From an uncultured Planctomycetota bacterium (GTDB lineage: Bacteria; Planctomycetota; Planctomycetia; Gemmatales; Gemmataceae), in the NCBI GenBank assembly GCA_963849325.1, contig CAWKHF010000012.1:1344001-1408000 (forward strand): a stretch of DNA of 64,000 nucleotides, in the 5' to 3' direction. The notes under the pieces were generated by a model. The model made no database searches and was not told where the DNA came from. It saw nothing but the letters and a program-made list of their open reading frames with translations. Within the stretch, counting starts at the first letter, position 1; every line of letters begins with the position of its first letter. The position numbers were made by a program, and so were the translations under genes. Of this stretch, positions 22,773-32,807 are shown one piece after another.

Positions 22773-23616
22773 CTTGATGGTGAAGTTCTTCGCCGTGGCC
22801 TCAAGCAACTCCGGCATGATCGGGCAGTCGTTGGCTTCCCGGCCGTAAATCCTCGCCGCCGTGACCACATTCGTCTGCACGCCGCAAATAAGATGGACCT
22901 TCACCCAATCCTTGCCCGAGCGCTCGCGGCCATATTTTTCATCGTACCAGCGAACGAACTTGCTGACGCTGAATCCGCTTGAATCCGGCGCAAAGACCGT
23001 TTCAACGGCCCGCAACGGCAAAGCGCTCCGTTCAAGAAGGGTGTGCAGGTATGCGGTCATCTCGGCGAGTTCCAGAAAGATGCAGACCTTGTTCGGGTGG
23101 AGCGGACGGGACAGGAAACCTTCCTCATGTGCGTCCGCGAGGTCGGACCCAAAGCGACGGCTGCTGAACGTCGAATAAATCTTGAAGCACACTGAGAATA
23201 GTCGATCCGCCAGAGAAACCGGCTTGCGCCCTCTCGGATTACCCGGCCGTTCGGGTTCCGGCATCCCGGCGCACAGGTCGGCGAGTAGAACTTGGAAGCG
23301 ATGCTTCTCGTTGATTTGCGCCTCGTTGTACGCGCTCCAGTTCTGCGCGTAGGTCGGGCGCGTCGGAACCGCGTCCGTCACGATGGCCGGACCTTTCGCG
23401 CCGCCGTCGCGTTCGCAGCTGATGCGAGTAGCCAGGACGTGCTTGCACGATTCGCGGCGCAGCTCGAAATCGTCGCAGGTGCAGGAAACAGCCGGGTGAA
23501 GCGTGACACGGTACTTCTTGGCGCTCGTCTGCGACGGGACGAGATAGACTCCGTTCTCGAAAACGAATGCGCGACCGGGCCGCGATTTCCAGAGCTTTCA
23601 GTTCTCGCATATCCAT
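22773..23616 (-). pseudogene. 3'-truncated SWIM-zinc-finger + DDE-type transposase-like gene
   Basis: SCTCDDFELRRESCKH (SWIM), NWSAYNEAQ, FAPDSSGFS, WVKVHLICG, ANDCPIMPELL; ends at NFTIK at the repeat junction; frameshift near 23565. Confidence 0.8.
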
Positions 23617-23663
23617 GACTACCACCTTGCTTTTCTGCACAACCGTACAGAAAAATAGTAGCA

Positions 23664-23722
23664 CTTTTGTTGCTACAAAAGTAGGTTGGTAGTTGACTCC
23701 CGAAACTTTTTGTTGCTACAAT
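23664..23722 (+). promoter_or_regulatory. Promoter (TTGACT-18-TACAAT, extended -10) with two TTTTGTTGCTACAA operator-like boxes
   Basis: -35 at 23693, -10 at 23717, ATG at 23729 (leaderless); boxes near 23665 and 23708. Confidence 0.6.
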
Positions 23723-23728
23723 CTCCGC

Positions 23729-23782
23729 ATGGCAGGGCGACGAAAAAAACCTGAGAGCGAAGCCAAGACCTACATGCTCCGC
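23729..23782 (+). pseudogene. 5' fragment of a small DNA-binding (RHH-like) gene, divergent from the transposase
   Basis: MAGRRKKPESEAKTYMLR, cut at the repeat junction. Confidence 0.5.
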
Positions 23783-23818
23783 TTATCCGTGGTCAAAAGT
23801 GCATTGGATTCGTGACTC

Positions 23819-25492
23819 TCACAGTCCGCGGTGCGCCAGATCTTCGATCAGCCGCGAGTAGAAGTGGAGGGCGTCGAAATTCTCGCCCGGTCGCACGAAC
23901 AGGCCGTCCGGCGTCTGCGCAAAGTGATCCACCGACAGCGTGCCGACGACCTCGCCCCACACCGCCGAACGCATCGACACCAGGCCGTCGTTCGCTCCCT
24001 CCGCCGGCGTCAGGATGTTCCAGGCCCGGCGCAGCAGCGGCGACACGCGCGACGACGGCACCGACGCAATGTAGGAGAAGTAACGCACGCCGGCCGCGTC
24101 GGGGGTGCGCTCGTTGAAGTCCCGGCAGGCGTCGGTGCGGCAATCGCGGAAGCCGGCGACGTTGATCCCGAACGCCTCCAGCGTCAACAGCAGCGGTACG
24201 CGCTGGCGGAAGTTGAGACAGAACCAGTCGGCGACGGCGGTGCCGTGGTGCGGCGCGGCGATGGTCGTCAGCGATGCCACCCGGTCGGCCATGCCCAGGT
24301 GCGTGATGAGGTAACGAGCGTCGAGTCCGCCCATGCTATGAGCGACGAGGTTGATCGGCTCGCTGGTCCAGTGGCGGATGAGGTCGCGCAGCTGCTCGGT
24401 GCGCTCGACGACGCCGCCGGTCGGCTCGACGTTGGGATACAACGCCTCGATGCCGCGCTCGCGCAGAAACGGCCGCAGGTGCGCGAAATAGTTGGTGTCT
24501 TCGGGGATCTGCATGCGCAGCATGGTCATGGCCAACATGCCGTGGCAGAAGACGATCGGATGGCGCGGCACGCGGCGCAGGCGCGTTGGCCGAGGCATCC
24601 ATCGACCGAGGGCGGGCGTTCGCGTTTCGCCGTTGATGCGTAGCGTCCGCAGATCCTCGACCGCGCCGGCGAAACGGCTGACCGCGGCGCGATCCTCCTG
24701 TTCTTTCACGGAGGCGGCCAGGGCGGATTCGGCGGCCGGCTCGCGGTTGAGAACCACGAAATCGAGCCGATCCGCGAACAGCCAGCGAAGCCGGTCGAGT
24801 CCGTGCGCCAGGGCGTCCGCCGCGCCGGCGCGAGGACCGGGCATGAGCACGAAGGGCCCACTCGGCCAGCCGAGCGAGGTCGCGGCCAGGGCCAACTCCG
24901 GCTGGAGTTTGTGCCCTTCCGGCGGCACACCGCACAAGTAAAACACCGCTGGGGGTGCGCCGTGCTCCTCTTGCAGAGCGCGGAGCAGATCGGTCAGCCG
25001 AGCGGCCAGGGCGGACTGCGTCAGCCGCTGAACGCCCTGCGGATCGTGCGTGAACTCCAGAGGCAGGACAACGACAATGCCGATGCCGGTTTCCACGGGG
25101 GCGCTGAGGACGACGTTGCACGCCCGCAGCGTCTGGTCGGCAAAGGTGATCTGGTGACGCGCCATGCGCCAGCCGCGACGAACCGGCGGTAGATCGGACT
25201 CGAAGGAGACCTCGAACTGCCCGTCCGGCCGCACGGGCGCGTCGGCTTCCAGGCTGATGCCGCCGACCTGCGTCTGAACGTGGGCGGTCGGCGGCGCCGC
25301 CACGGACGTTCGCCGCCAGCGCTTCCACCATCGGCCTTGGTGAAGAGGGACGAATGGGGATGAGATAACGAGTCGGCCACGCACCCACAGGCGATGGGCC
25401 GACGCCAGGGTGTCGTGCATTTGCACTTCGTGGATAACGAGCGCGGATGCCGGCGCGGATGGCCGGTGCGCGGTGGCTTCCGGGGGAGCCAT
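23819..25492 (-). CDS. Lipase-type alpha/beta hydrolase with long N-terminal extension
   Basis: PIVFCHG, NLVAHSMGGLDARY, TTIAAPHHGT, NDGLVS, DH catalytic set. Confidence 0.88.
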   Translation of the reverse strand: MAPPEATAHRPSAPASALVIHEVQMHDTLASAHRLWVRGRLVISSPFVPLHQGRWWKRWRRTSVAAPPTAHVQTQVGGISLEADAPVRPDGQFEVSFESDLPPVRRGWRMARHQITFADQTLRACNVVLSAPVETGIGIVVVLPLEFTHDPQGVQRLTQSALAARLTDLLRALQEEHGAPPAVFYLCGVPPEGHKLQPELALAATSLGWPSGPFVLMPGPRAGAADALAHGLDRLRWLFADRLDFVVLNREPAAESALAASVKEQEDRAAVSRFAGAVEDLRTLRINGETRTPALGRWMPRPTRLRRVPRHPIVFCHGMLAMTMLRMQIPEDTNYFAHLRPFLRERGIEALYPNVEPTGGVVERTEQLRDLIRHWTSEPINLVAHSMGGLDARYLITHLGMADRVASLTTIAAPHHGTAVADWFCLNFRQRVPLLLTLEAFGINVAGFRDCRTDACRDFNERTPDAAGVRYFSYIASVPSSRVSPLLRRAWNILTPAEGANDGLVSMRSAVWGEVVGTLSVDHFAQTPDGLFVRPGENFDALHFYSRLIEDLAHRGL

Positions 25493-25595
25493 CGGTGCCT
25501 CCTCTTCTCGTTCCCTCCTTTCTTATTCTACGCCATCAATCCGCACGAAAGCGCTGCGGAGAAGGGACTTTCCCCGGATTTCTTCGGTGGATGAT

Positions 25596-28500
25596 TCACA
25601 AGGAAATAATATCCAGGTCTCGATGCCATCCGTGGAGATAGCCCGCCACGGGGAAGGGGCGCAGGGTGGTCCCCGCCTCGATGAGCACGGCGGCGGGCAG
25701 CGGCCGCTCGCGCGGTGACAGGGTGGTGGCACTCGTCAGCCGGACGCATGCTTCCGCATCCGTGACCCGCGCGGTGACACCCGAAGCGTGCCCCGCCAGC
25801 AATATGCCCAGCGCCCCCGCGACGAGCGCGACCAACCGCCGCTGTCGAGGTGCGCCGCCGTCGCCGCCGAGGATCAGATCGACCGGCCCAGCCGGCGCGA
25901 GCGTCGCGGCCAGCGCCGCCGCGGCGCGTTCCGCCGTCACGTCTTCACGCTCATGAAGCAGCAGATGGACGCGATCGATGCCGAGGCTGAGGACTTCGCG
26001 CAGCGCCTGCCCGATACGCGGGGGGCCGAGGGCCGCGACCTCGATGCACACGCGCTCCGGGGCCGCATCGCGCAGCGCAGGGCGTTCTCCAGGGCGGCGC
26101 GATCGGCGGCGCCGAGCGTCCAGTACGATTCCAGCACATGCTCGCCATTTTCGGCCGAACTCGGCAACACGGCCGGCAGCGGCTCGACGACTACCAGCAC
26201 ACGCAAGGGGCGTTCAATGACGCTACCTGGCGGCGGCGTGGGACGTTCGGCCGGCGGCGTCCGCAGCAGGTCGGCAGCGCGGACGTGCGGAGCGTAATAG
26301 CCGCGGCGCAGGGCGGCCAGGTCTTCGTCGAAACGGCGCAGCCGGTCGCGGACTTCGGCGTGACCGTGAGCCAGCACGCGGCGGCCGAGATCCTGGCGAG
26401 CGGCGGGTTCATCGCGGTCCTCGGCCTGGCAGAGCCGGCTGAGCCAGGCCATCCGGCCGAGCGTGGCGTCAGCGGCCTTGAGCCAGGCCGTCGCCTCGGC
26501 CAGCGCAAAGCAACTCGCCTGCACGTCCGAGTTGCGCCCGAGCGCCGCGCCGAAGACCTGCCAGGCCGCCCTCAGCCGCGAGCGGACCTCCGCCTTGAGC
26601 GCTTCCAACTCCAGCACATCCCGCCCGAGGTGGCGCGCTCCCGTCTCCGCGCCGCCGGCCAGCCAGCGCGGCAGCACCTCGCCGGCCAGCGCCCGGAGGA
26701 TGACGCAACGCTCCCGCAGGGCGGCATCCGTCTGCCGAAGCTCGGCCAGAATCAGTCGCGCGCTGGCCGTTTCCAGGTCGAACGAATGGGACCGTCCATG
26801 AGCGCATCGGCCGATCGTCTCCAGCGCCAGCGCTTCCGCCAGATACAGGGCTTCCTCCCAACTCGAAATGCGCCAAGGATGATCTCGAATATCGTCTACG
26901 GCGCGCAACAGGTCCACCGGCACGGTTGAGGGAAGATCCGTCTTGCCCGTCGGCTCGGCGGATCGGCGGACGCCTTCCAGGGCTGTCTTGTTCTCGCCGG
27001 CCACCATGTCGGGAACGAGACGCGGTTGCAGCAGATCGATGGGGGCGAGAAGGAAGTCGCCGGAAGTGTAGGCGGTGGGAGCGGCGAGATAGTCGGCCAT
27101 CGTCCTCGGCGGCGGGCCAGACCCCGGCTCCACCAGCGGACGGTCGCTTTCTCGGATGGGCGGAGACAACTGGTCCTGCACGGCGATGGCGTACTCGTCC
27201 AGCCTCGTCGCCGCATAATCCAGCCAGACGCGCAGCAGCATCACGGCCAACTCGGCGTCGAGACCTGCTTCCAGCCGGTCGTGTGTCCGCAGCAGCAACA
27301 GCTTGCCGGCCAGCACGTGTACCGCTTGCCGGGCGAAGGCGGCGCCGACTTCCTCCTCGGCCGCCGGTTCGTGGCTCTGACTTCGCCAGTCGTTCGCCAG
27401 GACAGTCAGGCGGTCCTCGGCCTCCTGGATCTCCTGCGCGTTCGGCCAGGAGGGCGCGACGTTGCATCAGGATCGGCCAGTCGCCGGGGACATCGAGGAG
27501 TGCGTGCCTCTGCTCGTCATCCGCCAGCAGGGAGGCGTGCCGTCGATACACCTCATCCGCGGGACGCCGGCCGGGTGTGGCGCATCTGGTCCGCGTCCCG
27601 GAGGTCTGCGTGCAGTTCAGCGGTTCGCGCTTCCAGACCCTCGCGGACCTCGGATGCCAGCGTGGCGAGCAACTCGGCGCGGCTGCTCGCCTCCGCGGAT
27701 AGGGAAACGTCGTCCAGCGTTTCCAGCAAGTAACGCCGCGCCGCCACGTCGGCCAGCAGATGCTTGACGGCCGCGTCCTCCGCACGCGGCGCCAAAAAAC
27801 CATCCGAGCCCGCAGCGTCAGCGAGGGAATGCCCCTCGCTGACGCTGCGGGCTCCGAGGAAAACAGCTTTTTCGCTGGCTCCAAGCAAGCGACGCAGGCC
27901 GGTCAAGTGGTGCTGGCGCAGCAGGCGACCGTCGGCGGCAGCCCAGGCGAATCGACCGTCCCAGGTACGGCGTGTCCGCACCTCCGTTTTCGCCACCAGC
28001 GCCTCGGCTACTTCCAGTACCCTCAGCCGCCAGGGCGTACCCGCCGGTCCCGCCATCTGCTGACACGACTCCCGGACGAGCAGCGCCAATTGTTGTGCGT
28101 AGCGAGCCAGCATTTCCAGATGATCGCCGCGAGCACGTTCCACGGTGGCCGGCCCGTTCGCCAGGGTCTGATCGAACTCGTCCAGTTTGTGGTCGAGTTG
28201 ATCGAGAAGCCGGAAGACGTCAGCCCGCACCTCCGCGCCGGTGGAGTGTTCGAGACCTCCAATCCATGTCTGCCACGGATCGAGGCACCGCGGCGCGGCA
28301 GGGCGGACAAGGCCAGCGCGATCCTGTGCCTCCAGTAACCGCGTTACCACCGGTGAGAGGACGGCGGACAGCAGGGATGGTGACCCGCCGCGGCCCCAGT
28401 CTACAACCGGATTGGCCCGCCAGCACGCCTCGCATTGAATGCACCGATCGCCATGCACCGTCACCCGCACCGTTTCCGCCGGCCCTCCGCGCACCTCGTA

Positions 28501-30406
28501 TACGCCGGTCGGACAGACGTGACGCAGTTCGCGGACGGCTTCGGCCCGCTGTCGCGGCTGCGCGGACTTCCACACCACATGGATGAGCGGCCCTCTCTCT
28601 GGGGAAAGATCGGATGGATCCTCGTCGCCGCCACGATCCTCGACATCGACCGCCGGCATTTCCTCCACGCCCGCCCGTCGCCGGCGCACCAGGCGGAGCA
28701 GGCTCCCGCCGATGGCCCGTATCGTACTCGCTAGGACCGCCAGGGAGCCTAGCCCCGCGACGACGAGTAAATCGAGCAGATTGATCTGTCGCACCAGCAA
28801 CCCGAAAATAGCCGTCCATTTTGCTGACAATGGCATGTCATCGTTGCGGTAGAGAATGTGTCCCGCCGAGGCCAGCACCGGCCGGAGTCGTCCGAACCAC
28901 CGGCGCAGGAGAATGGGGGTTGCGCTCGCTGTTCCGTCGTCCTCGGACGAGTGGTAGTGGACGCGCAACTCGCCGCCCGGCGGCAGATGGGGCCGCGGTC
29001 GGCGGGCCAGGTCGCGGAAGGCGTTGAGCGCGCCGTCGAGCACCACGCGGGCCAGCGCCGGCCGCGGTGCTACCTCGCGGAAGTGGAGCGGCGCGGCCCG
29101 CGTGCCCGAGGTCGTTTTGCAACTCGGTCCACTGCCCCCAGCGGACACGCGCCAGCACGCGGAACCAGCCCAGCAGTTTCCGCGGCAGCCAGCGGCGCGG
29201 CCGAGTCCAGATGGCAGCCGAGTCCAGCAGTAGATCCAGTTCCTGGTCGAACAGAACGCGCGTCTTTTTGACGTAGCCGGGCCAGCGCTGCGAGAACTCC
29301 ATGTCCTTCCAGTAGCGCGTCTGTCGCAGCGGTCCCAGGTAGTGAACGCCGAGCGCATCGCGGAGGAAATCGCTGCCCTCGGCGCGGATGCGCGCCACCG
29401 CGCGGCTCAGCAACAGGCCCGTGGCCGTGGCCGATCCGGTCGAGTTCATCATCGGGAAATCGATGCCCAATCCCGCCGCCGCGCCGCCGACGGCCAGGCC
29501 ATCCTCGACGAGATAGGGAACGTCGCGCAAGCCGCCGGCGCGAATGAGCCGGGCCGTCCATGCGCCGCGCCGGCCATCGCGTCGCCACGGTCGCAACGCC
29601 GGCATGTCCGCGAACCATTCCAGCAGTTGCCGCGGCTCGCCAGCGAAGTGACGCCGCAGATGCTCGGCCGGCAGCACGACGCTCAGGGTGAGGCTCTGCC
29701 GGTTGGTGCAGACAAAGCCGCGCACGTTCAGCGGTCGCCGGCTGGGATTGCGCAGCAGCAAATCGTGAGCGACGCCCTGCTCCGGCCCGACGCGGAAACA
29801 TTCCTCGACGGCACCCGGCGGCAGGTCGATGACTTGTTGAAGACTGTAGAGGAACGCCGGCGTATGGCGCGGATCGCTGGAACGGTCGAGGCCTTCGCGG
29901 CTGACGAGATGGCCGGCGTCGCCCTCGGCGAGGAAGACGAGGTCGCCGTACAGGGGACCGCGCGACGTGGCCACGCCGATGACGCGCCGGCCATCGCGGA
30001 TCAGCCCCTCGACCGTCGTTTCCGCCAGCAGGGCGACGCCGTGCGTCCGCGCGATCTGGGCGAGGTGGTGATCGAAGAGAGGTCGAAGTACGGTGTAACC
30101 GTGGCGAAAAGCGTCGGGGTCGCGGTAGGTGCTGCCGACGAGACGGCGTCCATCCGTGACGAAGCTGCCGCGTTCGATCAGCCGGCGCTCCCAGGCAAGT
30201 GCCTCGACGCCTTCCGTCCCGAGGATTTCCGGATGGGCCAGGTTCTCGGCGAAGCAAACGCCGCCAAGTTCGTTCCCGCCGCCGGCCATTGGGGCGGCCT
30301 CGACGATGGCGACCGCGAAGCCGGCCCGAGACAGACCGATGGCCGCGGTCAACCCCGCACAGCCGGCCCCCACGACAACCACGTCGTACTGAGCGAAACT
30401 CATCAT
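25596..30406 (-). CDS. Large fusion: FixC/ETF-QO-like FAD oxidoreductase + 4Fe-4S ferredoxin + acyl-CoA-dehydrogenase-like helical region + ETF-beta-like domain (several frameshifts)
   Basis: YDVVVVGAGCAG, WERRLIER, YTVLRPLFD, FLAEGD; HVCPTGVY...CIQCEAC; DRAALENAL, ALREVLSLGIDRV, VDLILGG; ORFs 28838-30532, 27553-29358, 25937-27316 and 25596-26051. Confidence 0.7.
27806..27854. repeat. REP-like palindrome (family A variant) read in-frame within a CDS
   Basis: 22-bp arms gagcccgcagcgtcagcgaggg / ccctcgctgacgctgcgggctc; translates ARSVSEGHSLADAAGS. Confidence 0.85.
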
Positions 30407-30416
30407 CAGCCTCAAG

Positions 30417-30482
30417 GGCGAACGGCCGGCGTCAGCCGGCTGGTTGGAGCCGTAACCAGCCGGCTGACGCCGGCCGTTCGCC
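30417..30482. repeat. REP-like palindrome, family B (ggcgaacggccggcgt.agccggctggt)
   Basis: Copies at 43101-43165 and 40890-40941. Confidence 0.9.
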
Positions 30483-32655
30483 TCAGACCAGTGCGGGTGC
30501 GGGCTGGGTAAACGGTTCGTTCGCCTCGGCACGGCGTCTCAGCTCCGGGCATGGATCGAAGCGGCGGCCGTGTCGCGCCGCCAGGGTCGTCAGTGCCTGG
30601 ACGACGTCGGCCAAGCCGCGATCGTCGGCGTAGCGCAGGGGGCCGCCTCGGTGCGGTGCCCAGCCGGTGCCCAGCACCATCGCCAGGTCGATCGCCGCGG
30701 CACCGGCGGCCAAACCCTCACTCAGGCCCAGGGCCGCCTCGTTGACCATCAAGAATACCATGCGTTCGCGGCCTTCGCTCAGCCGCGCCGCCGCCGGCAG
30801 GGCGGACGAGCTTTCACCGCGCAGCAGTTCCTGGACCCGCGAGTTGACCTTCGGTTTCTTGCCGCCGTGAAGGTAGAAGCCGCGGCCGTTCTTCTGGCCG
30901 AGCAAGCCGGCGGCGCGCATCTTCTCGAAAGCCGCGTTCGCCTCGAAGCGTCCGGCCAGCACCGGCCGCATCGACTCCGCCACGTGCGCCGCGATGTCCA
31001 GTCCGATTTGGTCGAGCAGTTCCAGCGGTCCCATCGGCATGCCGAACCGCTTCATGACGTGATCCACCTGCTCGACGGACAGTCCCTCGGAGATCAGCAC
31101 GACGGCCTCGTTGAGGTACGGCATGAGGATGCGGTTGACCACGAAGCCGGGGCTGTCGCGCACGACCACCGGCGTCTTGCCCAGGTTGATCGCCCATTGC
31201 GTCAGCGTGGCCAGGACCGGCTCACTGCTCGCCGGCGCACGGGCGACCTCGATCAGCGGCATCTTGTGGACCGGGTTGAAGAAGTGCATCCCGGCGACGC
31301 GCTCCGGGTGCGTCAGCCCTTCTTGCAGCCGCTCGACGGGCAGCGACGACGTATTCGTCGCCAGCACAGTCGTCGGCCGGGTGCGCGCCTCCAGCTCGCG
31401 GAAGACGGCTCGCTTGGCGTCGAGGTCTTCCAGGGTCGCCTCGACGACGACATCGACGTGGTCGAAGCCTTCCCATTTCAGCGTGCCCTGGATGGCGGCC
31501 AGGCGCTCGACCGACTCCGGCTCGGTCAGCAAGCGGCGCTCGACCGCCTTCCGGAACAGGCCGGTGATGCGCGCCAGGCCGGCGTCGAGTGCCGCCTGGC
31601 TGACTTCTTGCACGATTACCTTGCAGCCCTTGAACGCGGCCAGCTGGGCGATGCCCGCGCCCATGGTGCCGGCGCCGACGACGCCGACGCGGCGCACCTC
31701 CGCCGGCGTCGTACCGCGCAGCTCGTCGGGCAGCTTGCCGGCCTTCTCGGTCTGGAAGAACAGCGCGATCAGGTTGCGGCAGGCGGTGCTGACGGCAAGA
31801 CGCCCGGCCGCGCCGCGCTCGTACTCCAGTCCGGCGGTCATGCCCTCCTGGATGCCGACTCGGATCGCCTCCAGTGCCTCAAACGGCGCCGGCATGTCAT
31901 CCCAGACGCGCCGCCGCATCAGGCGCTCGGTGGCCCGGAAAAGAATGCGCCGCCCGATTGGATTCGATTCGAGCACGCGCTGCCGCCACGTCCGCAGGGG
32001 CAGCCTCTCACGCTGCCGTTTGCCTTCGCCGATGGCGCGGCCCGCCAAGTGGGCGAACTGCTCGCGCAGCTGGGACTCGGTCGAGGCCAGGGCGTCGGCC
32101 AGGCCCCAGCGAAACGCCTCGGCGGCGCTGAGCCGTTTGCGGTCGAGGATGACCCGCAAGGCCCGCTCCAGGCCGATGACGCGCGGCAAGCGCTGTGTGC
32201 CGCCCCAGCCCGGCAGCAGACCCAGCTCGACCTCGGGCAAGCCGAGTTGCGTACTCGGCTTGTCGATAGACGAGCCGGTAATCGCAGGCCAACGCGAACT
32301 CGAGGCCGCCGCCCAGGCACGCGCCACTGATCGCCGCGATGCTGGGCATCGGCAGGCCGGCGAGCTTGCCGAACAGCTTCTGCCCGGTTGCCGAAATCGC
32401 CGTGGCCGCGGCGGAGTCTTGAATGCCGAGGAACTCGTGCAGGTCGGCCCCCGCGATGAAGCCGCTTTTCTTGCCGCTGCGAACGACCAGCAACGGCGCC
32501 TTGCTATCGATCACCGCATCGAGCGCGGCGTCGAGATCGGCCAACACTTGCCGGTTGAAGACGTTGACGCCGCGGCCCGGCACGTCGAGCTGGAGGACCA
32601 CGCTGCCGTCGATGTCGCGCTCCACCACGACCGTCTCGGACTGAAAGACCCTCAT
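30483..32655 (-). CDS. fadJ: Fatty-acid oxidation multifunctional alpha subunit (enoyl-CoA hydratase / 3-hydroxyacyl-CoA dehydrogenase), frameshift near 32270
   Basis: GFIAGADL, CLGGGLEFALACDYR, LGLPEVELGLLPGWGGTQRLP, VGAGTMGAGIA, ATNTSSL, GMHFFNPV, PGFVVNRIL. Confidence 0.9.
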
Positions 32656-32675
32656 GCGGTTATCTCCGATTGGCT

Positions 32676-32801
32676 AATCCCAGAGTCACAGAGAGCACAG
32701 AGAAAAAAGATATAAAAATGGTATATTCTATTTCCAATCTTCGTTATCGTTCTTTGTCTCTGCCCTTCTTTTCTCTCTGTGTTTTCTGTGACTCTGGGGT
32801 T
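32676..32801. repeat. Palindromic element, family F (cacagagagcacagag) with AT-rich spacer
   Basis: aatcccagagtcacagagagcacagaga ... tctctgtgttttctgtgactctggggtt. Confidence 0.8.
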
Positions 32802-32807
32802 CATTGT

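Larger units (their letters stand above)
22685..23807. repeat. Palindromic element, family E (cacggat..cacggat), with its right arm split by a 1010-bp insert
   Basis: Left arm ccaatgcattttgaaccacggataacacggatgacacggataaa; right arm tttatccgtgtc (22761-22772) ... ttatccgtggtcaaaagtgcattgg (23783-23807). Confidence 0.85.

Noticed and set aside
21573-23381. 602-aa minus-strand ORF as a full transposase
   Set aside because: Chimeric: after NFTIK it reads through the palindrome and then antisense to mqnC.
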